From assembly GCA_027366525.1 (NCBI GenBank), contig DAHXKG010000003.1, positions 72,097-136,096 on the forward strand: 64,000 nt of DNA. The letters run 5' to 3'. The DNA comes from a candidate division FCPU426 bacterium. GTDB taxonomy: Bacteria; Oederibacteriota; Muellerivitia; Muellerivitales; DAHXKG01. Position numbers and translations under genes: made by a program. The notes beneath the pieces were generated by a model that was not told the DNA's origin, ran no database searches, and worked only from the letters and a program-made list of their open reading frames with translations. Position 1 is the stretch's first letter. The number at the start of each line of letters is the position of its first letter. Of this stretch, positions 17,365-28,776 are shown one piece after another.

Positions 17365-19296
17365 TTAAAATTTGTGGGCAATTCTTGGTGGATTTGTCGC
17401 TAAGGATTTTTTCAGTAACCCGTCTAAAATAGGTTTTAATGGATCGTGTGAATCCATTTTCGGGAAGTTGGATGTCCAGTAACGATTATTAATTTTTACC
17501 AAAGCTTCCAGAGCACTTTTCCGAACTAGAGTCGAGTAACAATAATGAAAAATCCGCTTTTTCAAAATAATATTGGTGAGAAATGGGATCGCATTAAGAT
17601 ATAGAAGATCGCCTAGCATTTGACAAGTAGAAATCAAAATCAATTCGGAAGATCGATTGAAGTGTTCTCGATATGCGATTACTTTAAATATCAGTGGCAG
17701 TAGATGTTCACGACCAGCGTATCCTAGTGCTTGAATGGCTTTAATGACCATTTCTTCTGAATCGTCTAATAGGAGAAGTTTCAAAAGTAATTCACTTGAA
17801 AAATCATTGGAAGCCTCAATCGTTTGAATTAAATTTAACTTAAGTTGGGTTGAACCTTGAGCAACCCATGGGAACAATTGAAAAGAAAGTTTTAAATCAA
17901 TCCCGAAAATTCCGAAAACGGGGAATAACTTTAAAAGTTCTTCCTCGGTTTTGACATCCGCGACCATATCTAAGAGAACTGAAGAGATCCGATTTCGAAT
18001 TTCCGGAATAAAATTTAAATAAGAAATTATAGTCTCACTGAGGCAATCATCGATTGGTAAAAATGGATTAATGGATGTTACATTGGAGTAAGGAGGAAAA
18101 ATAGCTTTTCTTGTTTGTTGAATGAAAAAAATTATTTTTTGAATCAGGATAGGATTCAATTTTTTTAGGAGCCATACTCGAATCATTTGACGTCGTTCTA
18201 AAGTAGCCGGTTGATCATTTTCTATGTGAGAATGAAATGTGAAAAACAAATGAAAAATAAGTTTACTCATGGAAAATTGAATGGCCATGTCGAGCAGATC
18301 CCAAATTAGGAGCAATTCAGTTTGATATAGGGAATCATCAGTTTCTTTGGATAATTGAATAATTAAATTTTTTAATATCAAGTGAACCCATCTGGGATTT
18401 TTAATCCATGGACGGGAATCTTGAAGATGATTTAAAGCCAATAGTCGGTCAGTTGGGGTTGACTGGAGATTTTTGATGAGCTGAAATAAACAAGAGCGTA
18501 TCAAAAAATATTTTTGCTGTTGTTCCCAATGAAGAATACACTCATTGATTAGGCCTACAGTTGCAGGTTCTTTTAGAACATTCATCCAGTGATTTTGAAT
18601 GCAACTCTCAACCAACTGGATCATAGGTTCCATTTGATTTTCTTGCAATAAATCTCCTGTTGGAGTGTTAAACCAATCATTGATATATTGGAATGAATCA
18701 CCAATTTTAGATACTTGATTCAAAAAATAAGAAAAAAGTTGTTGCATGGCTAATTTTAATTGAAGATGCTTTAAGGATATAGAGGACTCTCTCTGGAGCG
18801 CCACCAGTTGATTCCAGCCTAAAGCAATTGCTTTAAGAACAGTGGCTTGAGTGGAATTTTCTGTAACGGGGGGAATAACAGTTATGGCTTGTAAGGGAAG
18901 AGTAAAGCTTTTTTTTGAACTTATTGCAGATGGATTCAGATAGAAATCGTCATTCAATTTTTGGTGAGATAAAAAATTAGTTGACGGATTAATCTCAGTG
19001 CCGATCATGATTTTTATCCAGGAAGATGGCAATAAAAACATTTTTTTAACGCAATTAATAAAATCATCCAAGGCAAGGTTATTACAAGAAATAGCATTTA
19101 AAAATGAAATCCAATCAGCGGTCTTACGTGACATATCGATCATTGGATTAAAAAAAATCGAATCAGCTAAAAAAATTTTTTTAAATGAAAAAACTGGATT
19201 GCATATTTCCCAATTGGATTTAGCAATGATAAAAAAATTCGGATATTTGGATAACGATGGAACAAATCCCAAGGATAATACTTGAAAGGGTTTCAT
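17365..19296 (-). CDS. large HEAT/ARM-like repeat protein, unknown function
   Basis: C-terminal repeats EEMVIKAIQALGYAG / RKSALEALVKI; 643 aa; no catalytic motif. Confidence 0.35.
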   Translation of the reverse strand: MKPFQVLSLGFVPSLSKYPNFFIIAKSNWEICNPVFSFKKIFLADSIFFNPMIDMSRKTADWISFLNAISCNNLALDDFINCVKKMFLLPSSWIKIMIGTEINPSTNFLSHQKLNDDFYLNPSAISSKKSFTLPLQAITVIPPVTENSTQATVLKAIALGWNQLVALQRESSISLKHLQLKLAMQQLFSYFLNQVSKIGDSFQYINDWFNTPTGDLLQENQMEPMIQLVESCIQNHWMNVLKEPATVGLINECILHWEQQQKYFLIRSCLFQLIKNLQSTPTDRLLALNHLQDSRPWIKNPRWVHLILKNLIIQLSKETDDSLYQTELLLIWDLLDMAIQFSMSKLIFHLFFTFHSHIENDQPATLERRQMIRVWLLKKLNPILIQKIIFFIQQTRKAIFPPYSNVTSINPFLPIDDCLSETIISYLNFIPEIRNRISSVLLDMVADVKTEEELLKLFPVFGIFGIDLKLSFQLFPWVAQGSTQLKLNLIQTIEASNDFSSELLLKLLLLDDSEEMVIKAIQALGYAGREHLLPLIFKVIAYREHFNRSSELILISTCQMLGDLLYLNAIPFLTNIILKKRIFHYCYSTLVRKSALEALVKINNRYWTSNFPKMDSHDPLKPILDGLLKKSLATNPPRIAHKF

Positions 19297-19439
19297 AATT
19301 CACCTCGTACGTTGATTAGTAATGAAACCGTATTTCAAGCGGATAATTTTCAAACTTAGAATATCATCAAGAGGGCCTCAATGTTGAGAAAAAGAAACAG
19401 GCAAAGAGGAATTCGTTTTACTTGTAAGATGTTCAAAAA

Positions 19440-20285
19440 TCAACTGGCAGGAACGATTAAATCAAAAGATTGAATTTTTTCAATACATTCTTGTATCAAA
19501 TAGTCAGGGGTTGATGCGCCAGCAGTAATACCTACCTTTTTTTGATTATGGAACCATTGGGGTTGAAGCTCAGAGGCGGTCTCCACATGAAAAGTTTTTA
19601 AGGGAAGATAGGTTTGACATGTTTGCGCTAACTTGTGAGTATTAGAAGAATTGCGACCGCCAATAACAATCATAAGATCAACTTGCTGTGCAAGAAGAGC
19701 AGCTGAAGTTTGTCGATCCTTCGTGGGTTTACAAATAGTGTTAATAGCGACGACTTGATCACAATAACCTTGAAGAATATGAACAAATTTGTCAAATTTT
19801 TCTAAAAGAAGTGTACTTTGACAGATGACGCCAATTTTAGCATGGGGTTTAAGTCCAATCAAATCAGATTCTTCATAAACAATGATTGGATTTTTCATCC
19901 GGCTAGCAATCCCTTTAACCTCAACATGATTCGGATCGCCAATAATGACAATTTGAAATCCTTGAGACTCTAATTTCCAGCCTTCTTTATAAATTCGGGT
20001 CACGAGAGGACAAGTTGTATCAATGATATCAAAATTTTTTGATTTCATTTCTTCAATTTTTTTAATGTCGAGTCCATGCGCTGTAATGACGACTTGATTG
20101 CCATCAATTTCTTCTAAATCGTGAACAATGTGTTTTTTCATTTTAGACAAACGTTCAACTTCTTGGGGATTATGAATGAGAGATCCAAAAATAAAAGCTT
20201 GATCCATACTTTCTGCTTTTTGAATCGCTTTTTTAACCCCAAAACAAAAACCAGCAGCTTCCGCAACTAAAATTTCTCGAGGCAT
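19440..20285 (-). CDS. ispH: 4-hydroxy-3-methylbut-2-enyl diphosphate reductase
   Basis: GFCFGVKKAI, TCPLVTRI and HNPQEV motifs of IspH/LytB; 281 aa. Confidence 0.9.
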   Translation of the reverse strand: MPREILVAEAAGFCFGVKKAIQKAESMDQAFIFGSLIHNPQEVERLSKMKKHIVHDLEEIDGNQVVITAHGLDIKKIEEMKSKNFDIIDTTCPLVTRIYKEGWKLESQGFQIVIIGDPNHVEVKGIASRMKNPIIVYEESDLIGLKPHAKIGVICQSTLLLEKFDKFVHILQGYCDQVVAINTICKPTKDRQTSAALLAQQVDLMIVIGGRNSSNTHKLAQTCQTYLPLKTFHVETASELQPQWFHNQKKVGITAGASTPDYLIQECIEKIQSFDLIVPAS

Positions 20286-20891
20286 AACTTAATCCTGAAT
20301 ACAAGACATTGAGACAAATATGCCTTGAATGACTGAAAATGTCAACTAGCTGCTTTTGAATGTACAAAAAAATTATGTGAGAGCGGTTTTTTACAGATTT
20401 TTATTCAGGTAGTATTTTACAAAAATAATAGACCCATTGAATCAGTCTCATATGCGACCGATGTTGGCATAATTTTATGAAAAGTGAAATTACCAGAAAT
20501 TTCTAGGTTATCTACTTTCTACAATTGTTCGTTCTTCGGAAGATCGGTATAATATTCACTTCCTTGAGCAGATTAGCCGCCGATTTTGATTCTTAAGTAT
20601 CCTAAAGCTGATCGATATAAGAGCCCGAGTAGTGTATTTCAACATTAGGAAAAAAAAAATTTGCTTTAATTATAAATTAAGTAACAAATATATTAAAGAA
20701 GAATCAAATTTGATTTGAAATTTTTTAAAATCCAAATGATACAGGTTGCTTCTGGAAATTAAACTAATTGCATTGATGGTATCTACGTATAACAAAAAAA
20801 GTTACTATGAAGAGTATCGCTTATAAATTTAGATAAAGATTTAAAATTGGGAAGACATGGCTAAATCCACTTTGGATTGAGGCAATAAGGA

Positions 20892-23800
20892 ATGATAAAA
20901 AAAATACTTTATACGGGATCATTTGAGGTACTAGAAAAAGGATTGGCTCAGGAACTAAAGACGTTTCAATCCAAAAAAGAACTTTCAGAACTCAAGATAA
21001 TCGTTCCTAATTTTCAATTAACACATTATTTAAAATTGGAAATGTCTAAACGTCTTGGATTTTTGTTTAATATCGAATTTAAAACCTTACATGATTTTTT
21101 AAAAACAACTATTCAGGAGAAGCAGATTCAAGAAGATTGGAAAATAATTCCAGATGAAATAATTCCTCATGTTTTGAAAAATCTTTTGCAATTACCCATG
21201 GATGTTCCAAGTTATTTTCAATCCGTTCGAGAGACTTCTGGCTTTTATCGATTATTGGCGAATACGATTATGGATATCCATCAAGGATTATTTGATTCAC
21301 AAACGATTCGTAAAGCGGTTCAGCGCTATTCTAATAATAAAAGTTATCGTCAACGGACTAAAAAATGGGAAGAAATAGCAAAGTATGTTGAGATCTATGG
21401 TAATTGGAAGAAAGATAAAAAAATTTTAGATAGTTCAGACTTATATTATCAGAGTTTGAATTTGGTTTTGAAAAGCCCCATTTGGATTTATGGATTTTAT
21501 GATGCAACAGCTTTGCAAAAAAAAATATTAAAGCATGTAACATCATTTTATCCATCAATATGGTTTGTTCCCTATGAAGATAAAAAGGCGTATGGGTATG
21601 CTGAGCCCTTTTTAAAATGGATTCAATCTTTGAGTTCAAAGCCAACCCACATGGATTTTGAAAATGCAGTGAGTGAGAACATGTATCAGTTACGAGAAGT
21701 ATTATTTGAAGATAAACCAAATCAACCGATGTTGGATATTAAAAATAGTTGTAAAGTAATTTTATCGTCGAATGTGGAACAAGAAATCAGCGATGCCGTC
21801 AAATATTCGATCAAATATCTTGAAAAAGACAAAGATAAACAAGCACCCCGATCCATCGCTTTTTTATTAAGGTACAGCGATCCATATCTAAAAGTATTTA
21901 AACCCGTACTAGAGTCGCTACAAGTGCCTTATGGATTTCATTTGCCACAACCATTAAATGAATGCGCGGAGAGCCGAATTATTAGCTTGCTACTAACCTG
22001 TTTAGAAGATGGATGGATGCCGGAATGGGTTATATCAATCTTAAGTTCGCCGAAAATTCAATGGAAATTCTTTAAGATTCACCAAAGCAAATGGAATAGG
22101 ACCAATTGGATTTTTGAAATTCGAAAAGCCTATAAGCAATTTGGAGATCATTGGATGAGCAAGATTTATTCGAAAGAATCTCGAACGTCGAACTCCAATA
22201 TAAACTTAGATTTAATGAACGTAATTCATGTACTCCAAAAAATGAAAGTGGAATTTCAAAATCAAAAAACCATATTCCAAAAAATGGAATATTTGGTGAA
22301 AAAAATTTCACAATTATTTTTAGAAACCGATATTCAAAAAAAAATACTGGGAAAATTAAAAAATTTTGAGGAGTTCATGAATCCGCTGGATCTTTTAAAT
22401 CAAGAAAAGCTAAGTGTTATTGTTCAATCATTAATGAACTCCAAAATATATGCCATGAATCAAGACATCAATGGAATTCAAATTGTTGATATTATGGAAA
22501 CGCGAGGCGTATCATTTGACATAGTAATCCTTCCAGGCTTGATTGAAAAATGGGTGCCTCAGTTTTTGCCACAAGATCCAATATTATTAGATGACGAACG
22601 ATCCATTTGGAATCAAATGAGTGAAGGAGAACAATATCTTCCATTAAAATCCGATCTACTATTAGAAGAGCGGCTTTTATTCTATTTATCTGTTTGTAGT
22701 GCTAAAAAACTTTTAATTGTTTCAGCTCCCATATGGGATTTGTATGATGGCAATCCACAAATAATTTCTAGCTACCTTTTTCAACTTTTGAATCTTTTAT
22801 ATCCTCAAATTGATTTCAAAATTCATCACCTGATTCAACAAACTGAAAATGTCTTTTCAATTTTCCCTGAAAAATTAGAAAATTGCGTATCAGAAATGGA
22901 TTTTTTATTATTTTATGGAAAAAGAAGCCTTCAAAAAAATTCTAACGATTTCTTTTCAATAGCTCAATCAATTCCATTTTTTATAGAAGGATTGCAATTA
23001 ATTCAACATCGAAATTTACCTACATTTACTTCGTTTGATGGAATGATTCAACCCCATCAAACATTAAATGATGTCAACTTACATAATTGGACAGCCTCAA
23101 AATTTGAAACTTATTTACAGTGCCCTATGCAGTATTTTTATCAATATATATTAAATTTGGATGTTGAGTCAAACGATCAAGATGCACTGCGCGTGGGAGC
23201 GGATCAAAAAGGACAATGGATACACCGATTTTTGGAAAAGTGCGTCCGATTTGGTTTGGAGCATCATTGGTTTGATGGGAACTTAAAACAAGTGGAGTCG
23301 CAAGAAGTGGAATCCATATATGATCAAATCAGCCAAGAATTTTCAGAATCGAATTCGCGGAGTGAAAATATTTTTTGGAAAAATGAATCCCTTCAATTGA
23401 AATTTCGGATGGTTCAAATATTAAAACGAATATTGGAAGATCAACAATGGGTGCCTTGGAAAGTTGAAGTCCCTTTTGATGAACAGGGTCAATTTGTGAA
23501 TTTTCCATTACATAATGGGAAAACCATTCGACTAAGAGGAAAAATCGATCGTATTGATATTTCGAGAGACCAGAAGAATCTACGAGTGGTCGATTATAAA
23601 TCAGGGCAGCTTTCAAATTACCCAGAAAAAGATATTCAAGAGGGCAAAAAAATTCAATTACATGTCTATGCTTGGATTTGTAAACATAATTATCCAGATA
23701 AAGATGTCGAATCCGCTCGGTATGAGTTTATTGATCAAGATAAAAAAAAATATTCTAGAAATGGACCCTCGCTTAAACCTTTTAAACAATTTGAGGAAAA

Positions 23801-23993
23801 ATTGTCTCAGTGGCTTCAAAACATTTGTGAAGCAGTAGAACTTGGCAAGTTTCCGTCCTATTTTAATATTGCCAAACCTCCTTGCGACTATTGTAAATTT
23901 AAAATGAATTGTGGAACCGAAATGAAATCAAGAGCAGAATTCAAACAACAAGATCTACAAATACAATTTTTAAAAGAAAAAGTGGATTTTTAA
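20892..23993 (+). CDS. addB: AddB/RexB-like helicase-nuclease subunit
   Basis: C-terminal PD-(D/E)XK motif LRVVDYKSGQ and Fe-S Cys cluster CDYCKFKMNC; 1033 aa; immediately upstream of addA and overlapping it. Confidence 0.7.
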   Translation: MIKKILYTGSFEVLEKGLAQELKTFQSKKELSELKIIVPNFQLTHYLKLEMSKRLGFLFNIEFKTLHDFLKTTIQEKQIQEDWKIIPDEIIPHVLKNLLQLPMDVPSYFQSVRETSGFYRLLANTIMDIHQGLFDSQTIRKAVQRYSNNKSYRQRTKKWEEIAKYVEIYGNWKKDKKILDSSDLYYQSLNLVLKSPIWIYGFYDATALQKKILKHVTSFYPSIWFVPYEDKKAYGYAEPFLKWIQSLSSKPTHMDFENAVSENMYQLREVLFEDKPNQPMLDIKNSCKVILSSNVEQEISDAVKYSIKYLEKDKDKQAPRSIAFLLRYSDPYLKVFKPVLESLQVPYGFHLPQPLNECAESRIISLLLTCLEDGWMPEWVISILSSPKIQWKFFKIHQSKWNRTNWIFEIRKAYKQFGDHWMSKIYSKESRTSNSNINLDLMNVIHVLQKMKVEFQNQKTIFQKMEYLVKKISQLFLETDIQKKILGKLKNFEEFMNPLDLLNQEKLSVIVQSLMNSKIYAMNQDINGIQIVDIMETRGVSFDIVILPGLIEKWVPQFLPQDPILLDDERSIWNQMSEGEQYLPLKSDLLLEERLLFYLSVCSAKKLLIVSAPIWDLYDGNPQIISSYLFQLLNLLYPQIDFKIHHLIQQTENVFSIFPEKLENCVSEMDFLLFYGKRSLQKNSNDFFSIAQSIPFFIEGLQLIQHRNLPTFTSFDGMIQPHQTLNDVNLHNWTASKFETYLQCPMQYFYQYILNLDVESNDQDALRVGADQKGQWIHRFLEKCVRFGLEHHWFDGNLKQVESQEVESIYDQISQEFSESNSRSENIFWKNESLQLKFRMVQILKRILEDQQWVPWKVEVPFDEQGQFVNFPLHNGKTIRLRGKIDRIDISRDQKNLRVVDYKSGQLSNYPEKDIQEGKKIQLHVYAWICKHNYPDKDVESARYEFIDQDKKKYSRNGPSLKPFKQFEEKLSQWLQNICEAVELGKFPSYFNIAKPPCDYCKFKMNCGTEMKSRAEFKQQDLQIQFLKEKVDF

Positions 23994-26900
23994 TGGATTC
24001 AATACCCCCAACTGCAAATGCTCAAACTGGTGATTGGGATATTCGAAAGGAAATTATTCAAACTACCAAAAACGTGTTAATCGATGCAGGGGCGGGAACA
24101 GGTAAAACTACGCTCCTGTTAGAACGTATACTTTTTTTAATTGAAAATCAAAAAATACCACTGACTAAAATGGTGATTATCACATTTACTGACCAAGCAG
24201 CCAATGAATTAAAAGAGCGTCTAAGAACTGTTATATATAATAAATTTCAAAAAGCATCTTCAACCAATCGGGATTTTTTTTGGAATGCATTTGAATCGCT
24301 AGAAAAATCAAAAGTAAGTACCATTCATTCATTTTGTTCATCAATTTTAAAAGAATTTCCCATCGAATCAGGGGTGGATCCTCAATTCCGAATTTTAGAG
24401 GAATTTCAAAAAAAGCATTTCGAATCTCAATGCTGGGAACAATGGATTCAGAATTGGCAAATGAAAAGTCCCGATGTTTTCTTCAATGCCACTCAATTAG
24501 GAATTTCTACGGCTGATATTTATCGGTTAAAAGAAAACATGAAAAATCAGCAATATTCAAGTTTGTTTATCAATCAAAGACTACCCGATGGGACTGAACT
24601 TCGCAAAAAAATGGGAGAAAAACTTCATGAATTTTGGAACACTGAAATTCGGTGTCATCAAAAAGATGATCGACTTTATCAGGATTTGATTCAATTACGA
24701 AAAGAATTTTCAGAGTTTGAGAATAACTCTTCCTTTTTTTCAAAATCCAATACGATCTTTTTTAATGAGCAAGGTGAATTAAAATCATTTCAGAAGCGTG
24801 GAAACCAATCGAATTGGGATTCGGTAGAACAATTAAATAAAATTCGAGATACATTTGATGCCATCGGGCAGAGCATGAATCGTTATGTCCAAGAATTTGA
24901 GGATGTCGTTTTAAAAAATCTTGAAAATGAGTTATTGGCATATGTTCAATACTATCAATTCCAAAAAATCAAACATGGCTTTTTAGACTATGATGATTTG
25001 ATTTTAAAAACTAGAGATTTATTGCAAAGTTATCCTGAAATTCGACAAGAACTTAAACACCGATTTGATAAAATTTTTGTCGATGAATTTCAGGACACAG
25101 ATCCGATTCAAATGGAAATTTGCTTTTTTTTGTCTGAAAAAAACGGAGCCCATGAAAAAGAATTGAAACACATTCAACTTCAGGAAGATAAACTCTTTTT
25201 AGTAGGAGATCCCAAGCAAAGCATTTATCGATTTCGAAAGGCCGATATTGAATTATATCAATCCATTAGGAAATATTTTTTAAGCAATGATTCAACGGAG
25301 GTCAAAATACTTAGCTCGAATTTTAGAACGGTTCCAAAGCTAATTGAATGGATTAATTCAAAATTTTTAAATTTAATACCCGAATATATATCTTTGCAGT
25401 CAAATCAATGCCGGACGAGTGACCAGTATATACCAGAAGTAAAAATCATTCAGGTGGAAATAGAATCTAAAAATGCTGATGATCAACGGGAAAAAATGGC
25501 GTTCCAAATTGCTCAATGGATTCGTGAAGAGTTGCTTTCTCATCAATTTAAAATTCAAGATCCAGAAACCAAAATGGAACGGTGGATTCAGGAAAAAGAT
25601 ATTGCTATTTTGTTTGATAAATTAGAACCTCAGGAAAATTTTTTTCAATTTGCTTTTGAAAAATATCATATTGCTTATCAAATTATTGGGGGCAAACGAT
25701 TTTATTCACAACCTGAAGTGGTTACGTTCCAGACTCTTTTAGAATGTCTTAGTGAGCCCAGTAACGAATCTAAATCTGTAGCAGTTTTAAGAAGTAGTAT
25801 TTTTGGATTTTCAGATCAAGAGTTGTATGAAATCCATCAGTCTGGACAGCCTTTTAATTTTCTTTTAGAAATTCCAACGGGAAAATTGCCAAAAGCATTG
25901 CATGAAAAACTTTGTCAGACCTTTAATATGTTAAAAAATTGGTATGAGCGAATACCAACTTTTTCAACGTCCGAAGCAGTTGTATGGATATTGGAGCAAA
26001 CAAACTTAATAGCTTTAAGCTTCGTTCGCAGTCGAACGGAACAAATTATTCTGAATTTGAAGAAACTGGTTCACCTATCAAAAAAATTAGAAACTAGCGA
26101 AAAATTGACTTTTGCAGAATTTTCAAATTGGTTGGGTAATCAAATTAAAAATAAACAATTCGATGAGCAAGTTCAAAATCCTGATTTAAACGAAAATTTA
26201 ATTAAACTGATGACAATCCATAAAAGTAAGGGACTTGAATTTCCGGTTGTGATCGTTGTTGGAAGCGAAGAATCTATAAGTGATCAATTTCTATGGAATG
26301 CTCAGCAAATGAGGCTGGAATATAAATTAAAATCTCATAAAACTGCTGGTTTTGAGGCATTGCTTCAACGAGAAGAAAAATACAGTATAGACGAGCAAAT
26401 GCGGCTGCTCTATGTGGCATGTACGCGTGCGCGGGATGCTTTAATTATTTTCACTCCTCAAAATTCCGATAAAAATTTTTCATATCCACTCATGAAATTG
26501 TTAAATGAAACGGAGCGGACATCATTAAAAATTGATAATAAAAAACACGAAGAAACTAAACGCATACAATCGATTGCAATTGCTTCCCAGCAGAATGGTT
26601 ATCAATTTCCTCAAAATTCAAACGAGGGAAATCTTCTAAAAGAAATTAATTTTCAAAAGGAAACATGGCTTCAACTCGTAAAAACAAAATTAATACATTC
26701 TACTATAAATCATCCACATCAAACTGAACCTGTTCAAAGCCATCAGGACGATCAATCTCAACGCAACCCAAATAGTTTTGAAGTTTCACCTGAACAGTTA
26801 GGGATTTTTGTTCATGCCATGTTGAAAAAATATCTGGATAATACTTTGAATTTTTCAAAAAAAGATTTTGAAAAATGGGGTAAAGTTTACTCATTTAAGA

Positions 26901-27241
26901 AATCAGTTATAGACGAATGTTTTACGTGGATTCAATTGGCTTTAACCTCGAAGGTCATTCAACGTGCCCGGGATTCAAAAAAAACATTCACAGAGCTTCC
27001 TATTACGTTTTTTAATGCAGCTCTGCAACACTGGGATACTGGAATTATTGATTTAGCCTTTCTTGAAAATGAAAAGTGGATTCTTTTAGATTATAAGACC
27101 GATAAAACAAAACAATTTTTAGACTCGTATAAATTGCAAATTGAATTTTATTCAGAATTGTTAAATAAGAGTACCCCGTATCCTGTTTTTCAGAAATATA
27201 TTTATTTTTTAAGATTAAAGGATTTGGAAGAAATAGTTTAA
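23993..27241 (+). CDS. addA: AddA/RexA-like ATP-dependent helicase-nuclease (UvrD-like helicase plus C-terminal RecB-type nuclease)
   Basis: Walker A DAGAGTGKTT; helicase motif II IFVDEFQDTDPIQ; C-terminal LLDYKTDK nuclease motif; ATG overlaps addB stop as TAATG (ORF track start 23909 trimmed to this ATG). Confidence 0.85.
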   Translation: MDSIPPTANAQTGDWDIRKEIIQTTKNVLIDAGAGTGKTTLLLERILFLIENQKIPLTKMVIITFTDQAANELKERLRTVIYNKFQKASSTNRDFFWNAFESLEKSKVSTIHSFCSSILKEFPIESGVDPQFRILEEFQKKHFESQCWEQWIQNWQMKSPDVFFNATQLGISTADIYRLKENMKNQQYSSLFINQRLPDGTELRKKMGEKLHEFWNTEIRCHQKDDRLYQDLIQLRKEFSEFENNSSFFSKSNTIFFNEQGELKSFQKRGNQSNWDSVEQLNKIRDTFDAIGQSMNRYVQEFEDVVLKNLENELLAYVQYYQFQKIKHGFLDYDDLILKTRDLLQSYPEIRQELKHRFDKIFVDEFQDTDPIQMEICFFLSEKNGAHEKELKHIQLQEDKLFLVGDPKQSIYRFRKADIELYQSIRKYFLSNDSTEVKILSSNFRTVPKLIEWINSKFLNLIPEYISLQSNQCRTSDQYIPEVKIIQVEIESKNADDQREKMAFQIAQWIREELLSHQFKIQDPETKMERWIQEKDIAILFDKLEPQENFFQFAFEKYHIAYQIIGGKRFYSQPEVVTFQTLLECLSEPSNESKSVAVLRSSIFGFSDQELYEIHQSGQPFNFLLEIPTGKLPKALHEKLCQTFNMLKNWYERIPTFSTSEAVVWILEQTNLIALSFVRSRTEQIILNLKKLVHLSKKLETSEKLTFAEFSNWLGNQIKNKQFDEQVQNPDLNENLIKLMTIHKSKGLEFPVVIVVGSEESISDQFLWNAQQMRLEYKLKSHKTAGFEALLQREEKYSIDEQMRLLYVACTRARDALIIFTPQNSDKNFSYPLMKLLNETERTSLKIDNKKHEETKRIQSIAIASQQNGYQFPQNSNEGNLLKEINFQKETWLQLVKTKLIHSTINHPHQTEPVQSHQDDQSQRNPNSFEVSPEQLGIFVHAMLKKYLDNTLNFSKKDFEKWGKVYSFKKSVIDECFTWIQLALTSKVIQRARDSKKTFTELPITFFNAALQHWDTGIIDLAFLENEKWILLDYKTDKTKQFLDSYKLQIEFYSELLNKSTPYPVFQKYIYFLRLKDLEEIV

Positions 27242-27384
27242 ATAATCATAAAGCGTTCACTACAAAAGAGTTGAACAAAGTCGCTACCCAAACTCCTTGC
27301 TCAGAAATAATAACTATTTGATGGGTTCCACCATATAAAGTAAAATTATTTCTGCAATAGGACGGCGGAAAATAGATTAGTTAA

Positions 27385-28776
27385 TCAATTAATATTGAGA
27401 AAGGTCTTAACCTTTGAAGCGGCTAAATAACCAGAAAGGCAAGCACTTTCTATAGTAGCTGGAAGATGCGTTTGAGTCCAATCTCCCGCTAAAAAAATAT
27501 TTTGAAAGGATGTTTCAGAACTGGGCCTTAGCGCATCATTAGTTTGGTTCCAAACAAAGGTAGCGGCCATTTCGCGAGTAACCTTTGAATACAATATTTT
27601 TAAATCAGGGTTAATTTTAAATCGTGAACGTAACACTTTTTCTGCTTCTTGAATCCAAAAAGCATCTGAATTAAGAGTGTCTTGGGAAGACGCGCTTCGA
27701 ACCAGAGATAAGTATTGTTCTTGAGTTTGATAATTCCAATTTTGTGTTTGATTAAATATCCAATCAAAAGGTGAATAAGGCAAACCCAGAAATGGTTCGT
27801 GAAAAATAGCTTGGGATAAGACCAGATGAACGGACATAATGGATGATTTGCCTAAGGATTCAAAATTCAAAGTTCGGATCCACTCTGCATTTAAAGAAAA
27901 TCGATGGATGGAATAAGGAGGAATAGCAAGAATTAAAGCATCTCCGGAAAAGCATTTTTGATTTTTTGAAATCAATTCAAAAGTCTTATTTTGAATTTTG
28001 ATTTCCTGAATTCCTTCGTGATAATGAATCAAGCCATGATTTGATTCGAAAATTTTTTTAAAATTAGGGAAGAAAATTTCACTTAAGGGTTTTGAAAAAA
28101 AAACAAGACGACTATCCATGATCGATTGAAAAAAAGCTTGAGAGAATACTTCTCCTAAGGAACGAATAAGAGCGACTTGGGGTGGTAAATTCAAGATGGA
28201 TTTACACAAGGGATTCCAAAAAAGCTCTTGGGTATTAGGGGACGCCTTTATATAAGACAAAAAATCTTCGACTGTAACAAGATGAGTGGGGAGTGAAAAA
28301 GGTTTCTTTTTAAATCGATGAAGGGATTGAACCAAATTCATTTTATCTTTCCAAGTAAAAGCTTTAGAGTTCCAAAGGCCAAATAAAAGATGAAAGGGTG
28401 CGGGAAGATTGGAGCAGTGTAAAACCTGTTTTTGCTGATTTGGAAGGACCCAGCTTAATTGAAGGGGATGCATCATAGTTAGTTGGGATAGGGCATTTAT
28501 TTTTTTGAAAAGGCGTAAAGTTTCATGATAACACCCCATCATCAGGTGGGGTCCGTTATCGATTGGGAAGGGAAAATTTTGAGTAGGTGGAAAAGAGTAA
28601 AAACGGCCACCGAGCATCCCACGTGATTCGATAAGTTCAACTTGTACATTAGGGCTTTGGAGTTCTAAGGCTGCTGAAGCTCCAGCAAATCCTCCGCCCA
28701 CGATGATAACTTTTTTCATGCCAATAACCTCAGATGGAATTATTTTTCTCGAAGCCAAAGCTTCCAAAGCAAGCAT
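27385..28776 (-). CDS. hpnE: FAD-dependent amine-oxidase-family desaturase, hydroxysqualene dehydroxylase HpnE-like
   Basis: VIIVGGGFAGASAALEL dinucleotide-binding motif; sits directly after two squalene/phytoene-synthase-family genes. Confidence 0.6.
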   Translation of the reverse strand: MLALEALASRKIIPSEVIGMKKVIIVGGGFAGASAALELQSPNVQVELIESRGMLGGRFYSFPPTQNFPFPIDNGPHLMMGCYHETLRLFKKINALSQLTMMHPLQLSWVLPNQQKQVLHCSNLPAPFHLLFGLWNSKAFTWKDKMNLVQSLHRFKKKPFSLPTHLVTVEDFLSYIKASPNTQELFWNPLCKSILNLPPQVALIRSLGEVFSQAFFQSIMDSRLVFFSKPLSEIFFPNFKKIFESNHGLIHYHEGIQEIKIQNKTFELISKNQKCFSGDALILAIPPYSIHRFSLNAEWIRTLNFESLGKSSIMSVHLVLSQAIFHEPFLGLPYSPFDWIFNQTQNWNYQTQEQYLSLVRSASSQDTLNSDAFWIQEAEKVLRSRFKINPDLKILYSKVTREMAATFVWNQTNDALRPSSETSFQNIFLAGDWTQTHLPATIESACLSGYLAASKVKTFLNIN

